From Sulfolobales archaeon (GTDB lineage: Archaea > Thermoproteota > Thermoprotei_A > Sulfolobales > AG1): DNA of 64,000 nucleotides. The position numbers and the translations under genes are program-made. A model generated the notes under the pieces. It was not told the origin of the DNA, made no database searches, and saw only the letters and a program-made list of their open reading frames with translations. The stretch covers positions 480,001 to 544,000 of the forward strand of contig JAWBYA010000001.1 in NCBI GenBank assembly GCA_038867615.1, read 5' to 3'. Below, piece after piece: positions 1 through 8,203 of the stretch (the stretch's first letter is position 1; each line of letters begins with the position of its first letter).

Positions 1-733
1 CTACTGTGAGGAGTGATGTTGCAAGGTTATCGCAGGAGTGTTCTCCAAAACACCTAACATCTATATACAAGCCCCCAACGCCTGAGCCCTCTTCTCTTGA
101 GAATGTTTTAACCATGAGCTTTAAAGACCTAGCAGTAGCCTTCCAGTCTATAGTCTTAAGCTCGTCTCCCGGAACATATTCTCTAGTGTATATATACTCG
201 CCCCTCCTCCCAGCAAGCAGTACCTGGAACTCCCAAACCCCTACACCAGCTCCTCTCAAAGCCTCGAGAGCCTCTAGGAGGGCATAGACAACCCTCGGGA
301 TAACCCTAACCCTAAAAGAGAAATCCAGTCTCAAGGGAGCCTCTAGAAGTCCTAGGGAACCGCTAACCCATAAGCGTCCCCCGCTTATATCGTAGAAGCC
401 GGTATGTAGACCCCTAAACCTAAGCAATACCCTGTCATCTCTAAGCTCTGCACCCACAATGTTGGAGTTAAACTCAACCCTAGAGCCTCTACATGTTATC
501 GTGGCCTCCACAACCCTTTCTTCTCCCAATAATAGTCTAAGATCATGGTCTCTGGCTTCAAGCCTGCAGCGTCTCCTAAGCCTATAAAATAGAAATGAGG
601 CTTCGAGTGTTAAAGCTGCTGTGAGGGTTGATGCTGCGATAGATATGAAGATATCCCTTGATAATGCTGCTAGGATTGCGAGAGCTAGGGTCATGGATAT
701 GGCGTAGAAGCCTCTCCTCGTAAGGCGTATCAA
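1..733 (-). CDS. DUF58 (vWA-like) protein, runs off the window edge
   Basis: Minus-strand frame from TTG at 733 overlapping the moxR stop; contains the DUF58 motif GEYIYTREYVPGDELKTIDWKATAR. Confidence 0.85.
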   Translation of the reverse strand, partial: MIRLTRRGFYAISMTLALAILAALSRDIFISIAASTLTAALTLEASFLFYRLRRRCRLEARDHDLRLLLGEERVVEATITCRGSRVEFNSNIVGAELRDDRVLLRFRGLHTGFYDISGGRLWVSGSLGLLEAPLRLDFSFRVRVIPRVVYALLEALEALRGAGVGVWEFQVLLAGRRGEYIYTREYVPGDELKTIDWKATARSLKLMVKTFSREEGSGVGGLYIDVRCFGEHSCDNLATSLLTV

Positions 734-1674
734 AGCTTTGGTACCTCTACCTCCTTAAGGGCGGTTCCTATAATGTCGTCAGCTGTGACTCCCTCTAGCT
801 CGTACTCCCTCTTTAAAATCACCCTATGTCGTAGCACGTGGTAGGCTAGTGCTTTAACATGGTCTGGAGCAACATAGTCCAGACCCTCTAGGAAGGCCAG
901 CACCCTCGATCCCCTCATAAGCCATATAGACGCCCTAGGGCTGGGTTTGAAGAGAACCTCCTCCCGCCCCCTTATGTAGTTGACTAGATTCACGATATAG
1001 TCCCTCACCTTATCGGATACATAGACAGAGCCTCTAACCATGGCCTGGAGTTTTGATACCTCCTCGGGCGACATTATAGGGTTGGGGTTAGCCTCCTCGA
1101 TATAGTCAGCCCTAACCAGTATCTCGCTCTCCTCCTTAGGGCTTAGATAACCCACGGAATGGTTGTAAGCGAATCTATCGATAACGTAGAAGGGTAGTGG
1201 GTAGACACCCTCCTCACCCCTCAAAGCCTTGGTAGCAACGACGAGGAATGGTTTAGGTGTCTCCTTAGTATAGCCCTCAATGGTAGCCTGTCTCTCCTGC
1301 ATCACCTCTAGCAGGGCTGATAAAGTCCTGGGAGGCGCTCTGCTAACCTCATCTATCAGAACTATGTTAGCGAATATAGGCCCCTCCCTGAATATCCAGG
1401 AGCTTTTAGCAATATCGTAGTAGAATGTTCCCAAAAGATCCGAGGGTAGCGTGTCAGCGGTCATCTGTATCCTCTTAAAAACACCCCCTATAAGTCTAGC
1501 GAAGAGCTTTAGCGTGACTGTTTTACCAGCTCCCGGAGGCCCGTCAACCAGTATATGGCCCCCGCTGGCTGCAGCAACTAGGAGCAGGTTTATAAGGCTC
1601 TCGTTCCCAACAATATATCTAGATAATGTATCCCTAACCTCGCCGAGCTTATCCCTCAGATTCTCCACTCCCAT
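730..1674 (-). CDS. moxR: MoxR-family AAA+ ATPase
   Basis: GHILVDGPPGAGKT, KRIQMTADTLPSDLLG, GPIFANIVLIDEVSRAPPRTLSALLEVMQE. Confidence 0.95.
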   Translation of the reverse strand: MGVENLRDKLGEVRDTLSRYIVGNESLINLLLVAAASGGHILVDGPPGAGKTVTLKLFARLIGGVFKRIQMTADTLPSDLLGTFYYDIAKSSWIFREGPIFANIVLIDEVSRAPPRTLSALLEVMQERQATIEGYTKETPKPFLVVATKALRGEEGVYPLPFYVIDRFAYNHSVGYLSPKEESEILVRADYIEEANPNPIMSPEEVSKLQAMVRGSVYVSDKVRDYIVNLVNYIRGREEVLFKPSPRASIWLMRGSRVLAFLEGLDYVAPDHVKALAYHVLRHRVILKREYELEGVTADDIIGTALKEVEVPKL

Positions 1675-2626
1675 AGAGATCCCTCAACAACCTCTTAAGC
1701 TTTTCAACACTCCAGCCCGGGTGTCTCAAAACTATAAACCCCACAATATCAATCTCCCTCCCCCCAGCTCTCAGAAAGGCAAGAAATCTGCTGACCAGAA
1801 AGGCAACAAGGAGGGAGGAGAGGGCGGAGACATAAACCATAGGGGGTTTTATAGCCAATCCTAAAAACTCTAGAGCACCAGCCCTAAGCCTTGACTGGAG
1901 GCTCTCAAACCTAAGCCCAGATACCAAGCTCAACCCCCCATCGCCTACTAAAGCCATGATAAAGTTCCTGTTAACATCAACCATAGAGTTTATCATAATG
2001 CTAGAGTCTGCGAGAACAACAAGCCTCCCCCTACCCACCCTAGCCTCAACAGCTACACAGAACTCGCCCGAAGGCTCCCCGGGATCCGGAGCCCCATTGA
2101 GGTTCATATCAATAAAGCTCAGCGGAGAACTCTGCCCGATGCATTTGCCCTCATAGCTTGAGAACGCTGTACCGTAGTTAAAATACCCAGTAACATTTCC
2201 CAACCTAACGCGGGGCATGAAGTAATCCTTATAATAGAACATAGGGTCTAGCAGGGGTGCGGGGTAGGTCTCTACCCTAACCCCCAGCTCTCTAGCAACC
2301 TTAAAGCCTTCTCCATCGAAATCCTCTAGGATCAAGACCATTGCTCCAGAGCCGAGGGCGCTTCTAAGCCTTTCCACGAGTCCGTCGACAATCTGGGGCG
2401 ATACTACTAGGATCACATTGCCGGGAGCCTTTTCAGCCTCCTTAGCATCTGCTATTGTAGCGTTAAACTCCTCCACAAGCCTGCTAAGCCCGTTCCACCC
2501 ACTATTACTAATATCGAAATCATCTGTTGGAGGCACTATAATCACGATCATAGGGGTTATTAGAAGAATAACTATAACAGCCAATACAACCCACTTTTTC
2601 ACATCGATAAACCGTGCCAGCCTCAT
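1649..2626 (-). CDS. DUF4350-like membrane-anchored protein
   Basis: N-terminal TM, SNSGWNGLS motif, GRLVVLADSSIMINSM; typical moxR neighbour. Confidence 0.75.
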   Translation of the reverse strand: MRLARFIDVKKWVVLAVIVILLITPMIVIIVPPTDDFDISNSGWNGLSRLVEEFNATIADAKEAEKAPGNVILVVSPQIVDGLVERLRSALGSGAMVLILEDFDGEGFKVARELGVRVETYPAPLLDPMFYYKDYFMPRVRLGNVTGYFNYGTAFSSYEGKCIGQSSPLSFIDMNLNGAPDPGEPSGEFCVAVEARVGRGRLVVLADSSIMINSMVDVNRNFIMALVGDGGLSLVSGLRFESLQSRLRAGALEFLGLAIKPPMVYVSALSSLLVAFLVSRFLAFLRAGGREIDIVGFIVLRHPGWSVEKLKRLLRDLYGSGESEG

Positions 2627-4443
2627 CTACCACCAGCCCTCCTCAGCCTCTCTAAAGCCTCAGAAACCTCCCTCACAAGATCATCCCAGAGGTTTTGGAG
2701 GGGTCTTCCATAGAGGAATCTCTCAAGCAGTAGTATGGGCTTGCGTATAACCTCATAAACCCAGAAGGCTCTTAGCCTAACCTCTGAGAGGAACTCCCTC
2801 AGGGTGTGGCTTGCAAGCATGCTCACCCCTGTTAGCGTTGCTACAAAATCTATGAGGATCCTAACAACATCGCCGCCAGCCCGGGGCTTAGCACTAACAG
2901 CATCGCCGATAACCCCAGCCTCTCTCTGTATAGCCTGTATAGCTGGCCTCCTAATCCTTGCCCTCGCCAGCTTTAACGCTGGATATGCTATGAGAACAAC
3001 GGCTACAGCTAGGAGTGTTAGTGAAAGCGCTATTGAAAGCCAGTTAACAACATAGACCTGGAAAGACCTCTCAGCCGAAGCATAGGCAGGGTTTAGAGGA
3101 TCAGCCTTAACAGTAATGTCCACATAGCCCCCTGATATTAGGGGGGTTTGGGGCTCTACCAGGATCTCGCTCCCCACAGCCCTCTCACACACAGTACCCT
3201 CGATACAGATGGTTATGATACTGTCTGTTTGAGCCGTAACCTTGATGGGTATGTGTGAGCCTGCTAAGACCCTCTCGGGAAGCTCTATGTTGATATTCAG
3301 CGGTATCTTATAGATCGTTAGTGTTAAACGCTGGCTCGCAGGCCCCCTGACCCCCTCGGGTAGGACGTTAACCACCACCTGGTAATCGCCAGGCTTAACA
3401 CTATCTGGAATATATAGCGTTGCTGTGGCAACCCCATCAGCCCCGGCATTGGCTGTGGTTTTGCCGAAAGCTATAACCTCAACCCTGGCCCCGGGCTCTG
3501 TCTCGATAACCACCTTAACAGAGCCGCCTGGGGTGGTTTTGTCAGGGCTTAGCTCTGTCTTAAGCCTTGGTGTGTAGAATAACACCTCTACCGGCACTGC
3601 TTCTGAGATGGATGGTTTATATAGGAACCTGTCTGCCTCTACGGGGGTGTATATAGCCTTGACCTCGATGATCCTTGTGTAGTCGTTAACCCTAACCTGG
3701 GTTTTGAAACGCCCGAGCCTGTCTGTTAGGGCTTCGGCTTTGCTTGAGCCCGCTGTGATTGTAACCTTCCTCCCTGCTATAGGATCTCCAGAGGCTTCCC
3801 TCAGCTCTCCCTCAACATTTAGAAACTGGCCTGGGCTTGCGAGGAGGGGTGAGACGTTTACTGTGATCTCTGTATCCCTAGCTTCCATAAGCTGGGCTCT
3901 CAGCTGTTCTCTAAGCTCTGAAATGCGGTTTCTGAGTGAGTCTATAAGTCCCCTGAGTTTCTCGATCTCTGAGGCTAGTTCTCTCTGGGGTATGATTCTT
4001 GAGAGGATGCGTGAGGCGTCGAGTAGATCTTCCATGATGATCTCAGCTCTTCTCAAGCTATCCTCAGCGGTGTTGAGGTTCTTCTCAGCCTCGGGATATC
4101 TACCCTCGCTTAGTAGCTTCTCAGCATCTATGGTTAGGTTGCGAGCCCTCTCCGTGTGTGAGACTAGTTCTTTGAAGAGTTCTGTGAATTTTTTATATGC
4201 GTAGGAGAGTTCTCTAGGCATGTAGGCTTCCTCTATCTCTCCTATCCTAGTGAGTGCTTCGCTGAAGTTCATTGTAGATGCTAGCGTTACGATAAGCTTT
4301 AAGACTGTTATGATGCCGAGTCCTAGGGGAGGTTTCTCACCTATAAGGGCGGGGTTGACATGCTTGGGAGGTGTTATTGAGATTGCGATGTTGGCTCCGA
4401 GCACCATTATTATCAAGGCTAGGGCTAGTGCTAGGCGTTTCAA
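2623..4443 (-). CDS. Large membrane/secreted protein (coiled coil, Ig-like repeats, C-terminal TM, DUF4129-like tail)
   Basis: 606-aa ORF with signal peptide, beta-rich segments and TM; coupled overlaps within the operon. Confidence 0.7.
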   Translation of the reverse strand: MKRLALALALIIMVLGANIAISITPPKHVNPALIGEKPPLGLGIITVLKLIVTLASTMNFSEALTRIGEIEEAYMPRELSYAYKKFTELFKELVSHTERARNLTIDAEKLLSEGRYPEAEKNLNTAEDSLRRAEIIMEDLLDASRILSRIIPQRELASEIEKLRGLIDSLRNRISELREQLRAQLMEARDTEITVNVSPLLASPGQFLNVEGELREASGDPIAGRKVTITAGSSKAEALTDRLGRFKTQVRVNDYTRIIEVKAIYTPVEADRFLYKPSISEAVPVEVLFYTPRLKTELSPDKTTPGGSVKVVIETEPGARVEVIAFGKTTANAGADGVATATLYIPDSVKPGDYQVVVNVLPEGVRGPASQRLTLTIYKIPLNINIELPERVLAGSHIPIKVTAQTDSIITICIEGTVCERAVGSEILVEPQTPLISGGYVDITVKADPLNPAYASAERSFQVYVVNWLSIALSLTLLAVAVVLIAYPALKLARARIRRPAIQAIQREAGVIGDAVSAKPRAGGDVVRILIDFVATLTGVSMLASHTLREFLSEVRLRAFWVYEVIRKPILLLERFLYGRPLQNLWDDLVREVSEALERLRRAGGR

Positions 4444-4685
4444 GGGGATAGCACCTCTACCACTCTATAGGCTACTGTGGCTGCGAATACTGTTAGGAGG
4501 ACTGCTAGTAGGGGGTCTTTGTATAGCTTTTTAGGCTTTAGGAGCATTTTGATTATAAGATACCAGATCGTGTATAGGGCTATGTAGGCATCAACCCTGG
4601 GCTCCCCAATGCTCCACAAGATCCAGGCTGAGAGAACCACCATCAGGGCTAGCAGTGCGTTTGAGTGGAAGTTCCAGCTACTCAA
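4440..4685 (-). CDS. Small membrane protein of the moxR cluster
   Basis: 81 aa, three hydrophobic segments, overlaps both neighbours. Confidence 0.7.
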   Translation of the reverse strand: MSSWNFHSNALLALMVVLSAWILWSIGEPRVDAYIALYTIWYLIIKMLLKPKKLYKDPLLAVLLTVFAATVAYRVVEVLSP

Positions 4686-5340
4686 CTACATCGACCTCGA
4701 TAACAATCCTGTCGCCCCTAACACTCTCACCCTTTAAAATAACAGGCCTACCCAGCACCCTCGAAGCTATCGAGGCTGCAAAGACCCCGGGGACTGTGAG
4801 GGAGAAGCCCCCGATAACCTTAGCCCTAACAACCTCAGCAACTATCCTGCCCGTCTCTCTAGAGCATGTAACCCAGTCAGCTATGCCTAGAACATGTACC
4901 AAAGCCTCCTCTATTGAGGAGCATGGCTCGCTAGACTCTACAGAAACCTCACCAGGGCTTCTCAAAACCATCGCTAAACCCCAGGGGGTCTCGAGAACCC
5001 CCTTCGAAACATCAAGATCCCCTAGCATCTTAGGATCCGGGGGGTCTCTTGAAAGTATAATATACGTCCTACCCTCAACGGTCTTGAAAACAGGAGGCCC
5101 CCTAAGGTTTAGAAGCTCAGCCACCCTAGCGATATTCTCAACCTGAGCCTGTGCCAGCCTAGCTAGAACCCTCAACTCCTCCCTAGGCTCCTCAGGCGTT
5201 AGGAACATAGAGAAACCAACTATAGCGAGACCAAGCCATAAGGCTATGAGCGGGTGCAACCCCAGAATCATATATGTAACAATAGCCAATACGAGCGAGG
5301 ATAAAGCTAACGTTAAACCAAAACCCCTATACAGATTCAT
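4678..5340 (-). CDS. Membrane protein, first gene of the moxR cluster
   Basis: ORF 4678..5385; more plausible ATG start at 5340 (MNLYRG); two N-terminal TMs. Confidence 0.7.
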   Translation of the reverse strand: MNLYRGFGLTLALSSLVLAIVTYMILGLHPLIALWLGLAIVGFSMFLTPEEPREELRVLARLAQAQVENIARVAELLNLRGPPVFKTVEGRTYIILSRDPPDPKMLGDLDVSKGVLETPWGLAMVLRSPGEVSVESSEPCSSIEEALVHVLGIADWVTCSRETGRIVAEVVRAKVIGGFSLTVPGVFAASIASRVLGRPVILKGESVRGDRIVIEVDVVE

Positions 5341-5432
5341 AGAAACCAAAACCCCCCAGAGAAAAACCCAGGCACGTCTCCACAAAGCCCGCTAGGAATA
5401 AAGCAGACACAGGATCATAGATCCAAACCCCA

Positions 5433-5456
5433 CCTTCAATACTATAGTAAATAGAC
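5433..5456 (-). CRISPR. Degenerate solitary CRISPR repeat
   Basis: ccttcaatactatagtaaatagac, 4 mismatches to ctttcaattctatagtagatcgac. Confidence 0.75.
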
Positions 5457-5644
5457 CCCGCGGATTCATAAACCACTGCCAAGCCCAACAGCATCGAGCC
5501 CCCCATATACTATGAGATCATTCCCCGGACGGTTTGGAGCAATGCTCCCATCACCATCCAGAGTCAAGATAAAAATCAACCTATCACCAAAAGCCCTATC
5601 AACAAGACCCTTATAAATCTTCCCTATAGATATCAAAGGAACAG
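5433..5644 (-). mobile_element. IS607/TnpB-derived mini-element copy A fused to a degenerate CRISPR repeat
   Basis: Left end AGGG|CTGTTCC at 5644; TTTATAAG at 5610-5617; 49/54 identical to copy B over 5514-5567 vs 55995-56048; ends in GTCTATTTACTATAGTATTGAAGG (20/24 to the repeat). Confidence 0.8.
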
Positions 5645-5789
5645 CCCTCTGATAACAATAACCTCGTAGCCTTTCTCATCACAGGCTATGATCCAGGTGC
5701 GAAAAACGCAACAACCCAAATCCCAACAAACCCTAGGATATATATTTTTCACACATATAAAAAACCTGCGTAAAAATTCAGCGAAATAT

Positions 5790-5813
5790 CTTTCAATTCT
5801 ATAGTAGATCGAC
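5790..5813 (-). CRISPR. Solitary perfect CRISPR repeat
   Basis: Exact reverse complement of GTCGATCTACTATAGAATTGAAAG. Confidence 0.85.
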
Positions 5814-6036
5814 TTACTTCTATTTTGCTTTTACGCGACTTATAGATATGGCTTTTTACTTATTTCAACATGATGTGAAATCAACTCTCGTCGAAAGTTG
5901 TATAATAGGCTATAAGCCACCAGGAGGTTGATCTACTATTTTATTTTATTGATATATGAAAAGTGTGGAGCCACGACCTGTAAAGCTATAGCGAATATAT
6001 ATAGGACTCCTATTAATATTACTCTGGGGAAATGCG

Positions 6037-6618
6037 ATGCAACAGATTCCGGGCTATGCATATGGGGATGTCCCCAGATCCCCGATAACAGACCAGGACT
6101 TCGAGCTCCTTAAGAAGGCTGTGATGCTGGGTGAGGAGGATTTCAGATACTTGAGGAGGGCTTGTGAGGTTCTTAAGGATCAGGTGGAGGATATACTGGA
6201 TCTCTGGTATGGCTGGGTTGGTTCTAATGAGCATCTGGTTTACTACTTCTCAGATCGCGAGACTGGGAAGCCTATAGAGAAGTACTTGCTACAGGTTAGG
6301 AAGAGGTTTGGGCAATGGATACTTGATACAACGTGTAGGGAGTATGATAGGGCTTGGCTTGACTATCAATACGAGATTGGTTTGAGGCATCATAGGACTA
6401 AGAAGGGGAGGGTGGATGATGTGAACACCGTGCCCCATATACCGTTTAGATATATGGTAGCATTTATATACCCCATAACAGCAACCATAAAGTCTTTTCT
6501 AGCTAGGAAGGGCGATCCTCCCGATGTTGTTGAGAAGATGTATAATGCGTGGTTCAAATCAATAGTGCTCCAGATAGCTATATGGAGCTATCCTTACGTT
6601 AAAGAGGGGGACTGGTGA
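6037..6618 (+). CDS. Protoglobin
   Basis: IPGYAYG N-terminus, LDLWYGWVGSNEHL, YQYEIGLRHHRTKK, C-terminal WSYPYVKEGDW. Confidence 0.95.
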   Translation: MQQIPGYAYGDVPRSPITDQDFELLKKAVMLGEEDFRYLRRACEVLKDQVEDILDLWYGWVGSNEHLVYYFSDRETGKPIEKYLLQVRKRFGQWILDTTCREYDRAWLDYQYEIGLRHHRTKKGRVDDVNTVPHIPFRYMVAFIYPITATIKSFLARKGDPPDVVEKMYNAWFKSIVLQIAIWSYPYVKEGDW

Positions 6619-6733
6619 TAGGGGATCTCTTTTTTTAACAAACCACTCTGCTATCATTGCCGGAAGATCTGTTCCAAACCTTTCTACAGAGATCTATATA
6701 TTTGATCATGTCTACTATCTATTAGGGGTCTTT

Positions 6734-7351
6734 TTGAGCGATGCGGCGAGCAAAATCGTGGCCGCGATCGAGAGGATCTCTAGGGCGTATAGGTTCATGA
6801 TCATGGGTAGGGCTAAGAGGTATGGTATCACACTCCTTCAGGCACAGATCATTATCTTTTTAAGCGATAGCCCTAGCGGGAGGAGAAGGATCAGGGATCT
6901 CTCACAGGAGCTAGGGATCTCCCAACCAGCTGTGAGCGATTCGGTCAATGCACTGGTTAAAAAAGGCTTGGTGGTTAAGGGAGCTATAGAGACAGATAGA
7001 AGATCCAGTATGCTGAGCCTCACACAGAGAGGGGAGGAGCTTGCCAGAGATCTGAAACAGTGGCATTCGAAAGCCGTTGAGGCTTTAGAGAACGTAGTAA
7101 ACAGGGAGGAGAAGGAGAAGATCCTAGAGATCCTTCTAAAATACATAGCATCACTCCACGAGAGAGGAGCGATAAAGGTCGCAAGAACATGCCTCACATG
7201 CCGCTACCTATCAGTAAAAAGAAGCAGTACAGGTAGGGATTACTACTGCAAACTCCTCAACCTAAAACTCGGCATAGAGGGACTCCGCCTAGACTGTCCA
7301 GAACATATGCCTAGAAGATCGAGGAAACACACTGGGACTCGAGCCTCATAG
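6734..7351 (+). CDS. MarR-family regulator with C-terminal Cys cluster
   Basis: wHTH (LSQELGISQPAVSDSVNALVKKGLV...DRRS) plus CLTC...YC...LDCPEH. Confidence 0.9.
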   Translation: MSDAASKIVAAIERISRAYRFMIMGRAKRYGITLLQAQIIIFLSDSPSGRRRIRDLSQELGISQPAVSDSVNALVKKGLVVKGAIETDRRSSMLSLTQRGEELARDLKQWHSKAVEALENVVNREEKEKILEILLKYIASLHERGAIKVARTCLTCRYLSVKRSSTGRDYYCKLLNLKLGIEGLRLDCPEHMPRRSRKHTGTRAS

Positions 7352-7717
7352 CGGTTAATATCTCCTCGTATCAACCACTCCACACAGCTCCCAGATCTCA
7401 GGACTCCAATGAGTAGAGCCCTTATCACCAGTCTCCATACATTCAGAGCAACTCCTACCCACAGCTCCTCTTTATATTATTCCTGCCAGACTCATTGCTA
7501 TAGTGAACCCTCGCATCCCGATTCTTACCCAGCCCGCTTAGATCTTTATAGCTTATAGGCTTATCCGTAAAACAATGGGGATCTAATAGAAGAGCCGATA
7601 CTAAATAAAGCTTCATGAAAGCCGAAATAGCTTGTTACAGCAGATCACAATAATAAGTCGGATCTACAAGATCAGGATGTGCTAAAGCCGGCATACCCAA
7701 AGAAAGAGAATCTATAA

Positions 7718-7725
7718 TTTATAAG
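7718..7725 (+). promoter_or_regulatory. Putative TATA box for the mini-array
   Basis: TTTATAAG with a purine-rich upstream tract, ~28 nt before the first degenerate repeat. Confidence 0.45.
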
Positions 7726-7752
7726 CTGGTTAAGAATAAATATAAAGGCAGA

Positions 7753-7965
7753 GTCGATCTACTATAGAACTGAGCATCGCAAAAAGAGATCCCGTGTGAG
7801 TCGATCTGCTATAGAGATAGGCCCTCGGGGGCAATGCCCCTTAGATAGCCATAAATATCAGAGAAGATCCTAGATCAGATCGATCTACTATAGAATTGAA
7901 AGCAGGGGATAAATATTGCTAGATATTGCAACCCACAAGCAGTCGATCTACTATAGAATTGAAAG
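7753..7965 (+). CRISPR. Degenerate CRISPR mini-array (2 intact + 2 eroded repeats)
   Basis: Repeats at 7753 (gtcgatctactatagaactgag), 7800 (gtcgatctgctatagag), 7879-7902 (23/24) and 7942-7965 (perfect); 39-nt spacer 7903-7941. Confidence 0.85.
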
Positions 7966-8109
7966 AGATACAATAACAGGTGCTTTAAAAAGGGTGGAGG
8001 GCTTCATACTTTGTTTTTAGCTCTATAGCAGATCGGCTGGTATTATTAGAATGAAAGATGGAAGTCCAGGTTATTTGGGGTTTTATATGAAGCAGCTATT
8101 GAGATCGGT

Positions 8110-8188
8110 TGGTGCGGCGGCCGGGATTTGAACCCGGGATTTCCGGCGTGGCAGGCCGGCGTCCTAGACCAGGCTAGACGACCGCCGC
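8110..8188 (-). tRNA. tRNA-Gly(GCC), encoded CCA, no intron
   Basis: GCGGCGG acceptor stem, CCGGC-CTGCCAC-GCCGG anticodon arm, GGTTCAAATCC T-loop, ACCA end. Confidence 0.98.
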
Positions 8189-8203
8189 CTATTATATCTT
8201 AGT

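Noticed and set aside
1451-4534. Long antisense ORFs here and throughout the track
   Set aside because: Ser/Leu/Pro-rich shadows of well-supported genes on the opposite strand.
8110-8188. tRNA-Gly as attachment site of an integrated element
   Set aside because: No duplicated tRNA 3' end and no integrase seen in the window.
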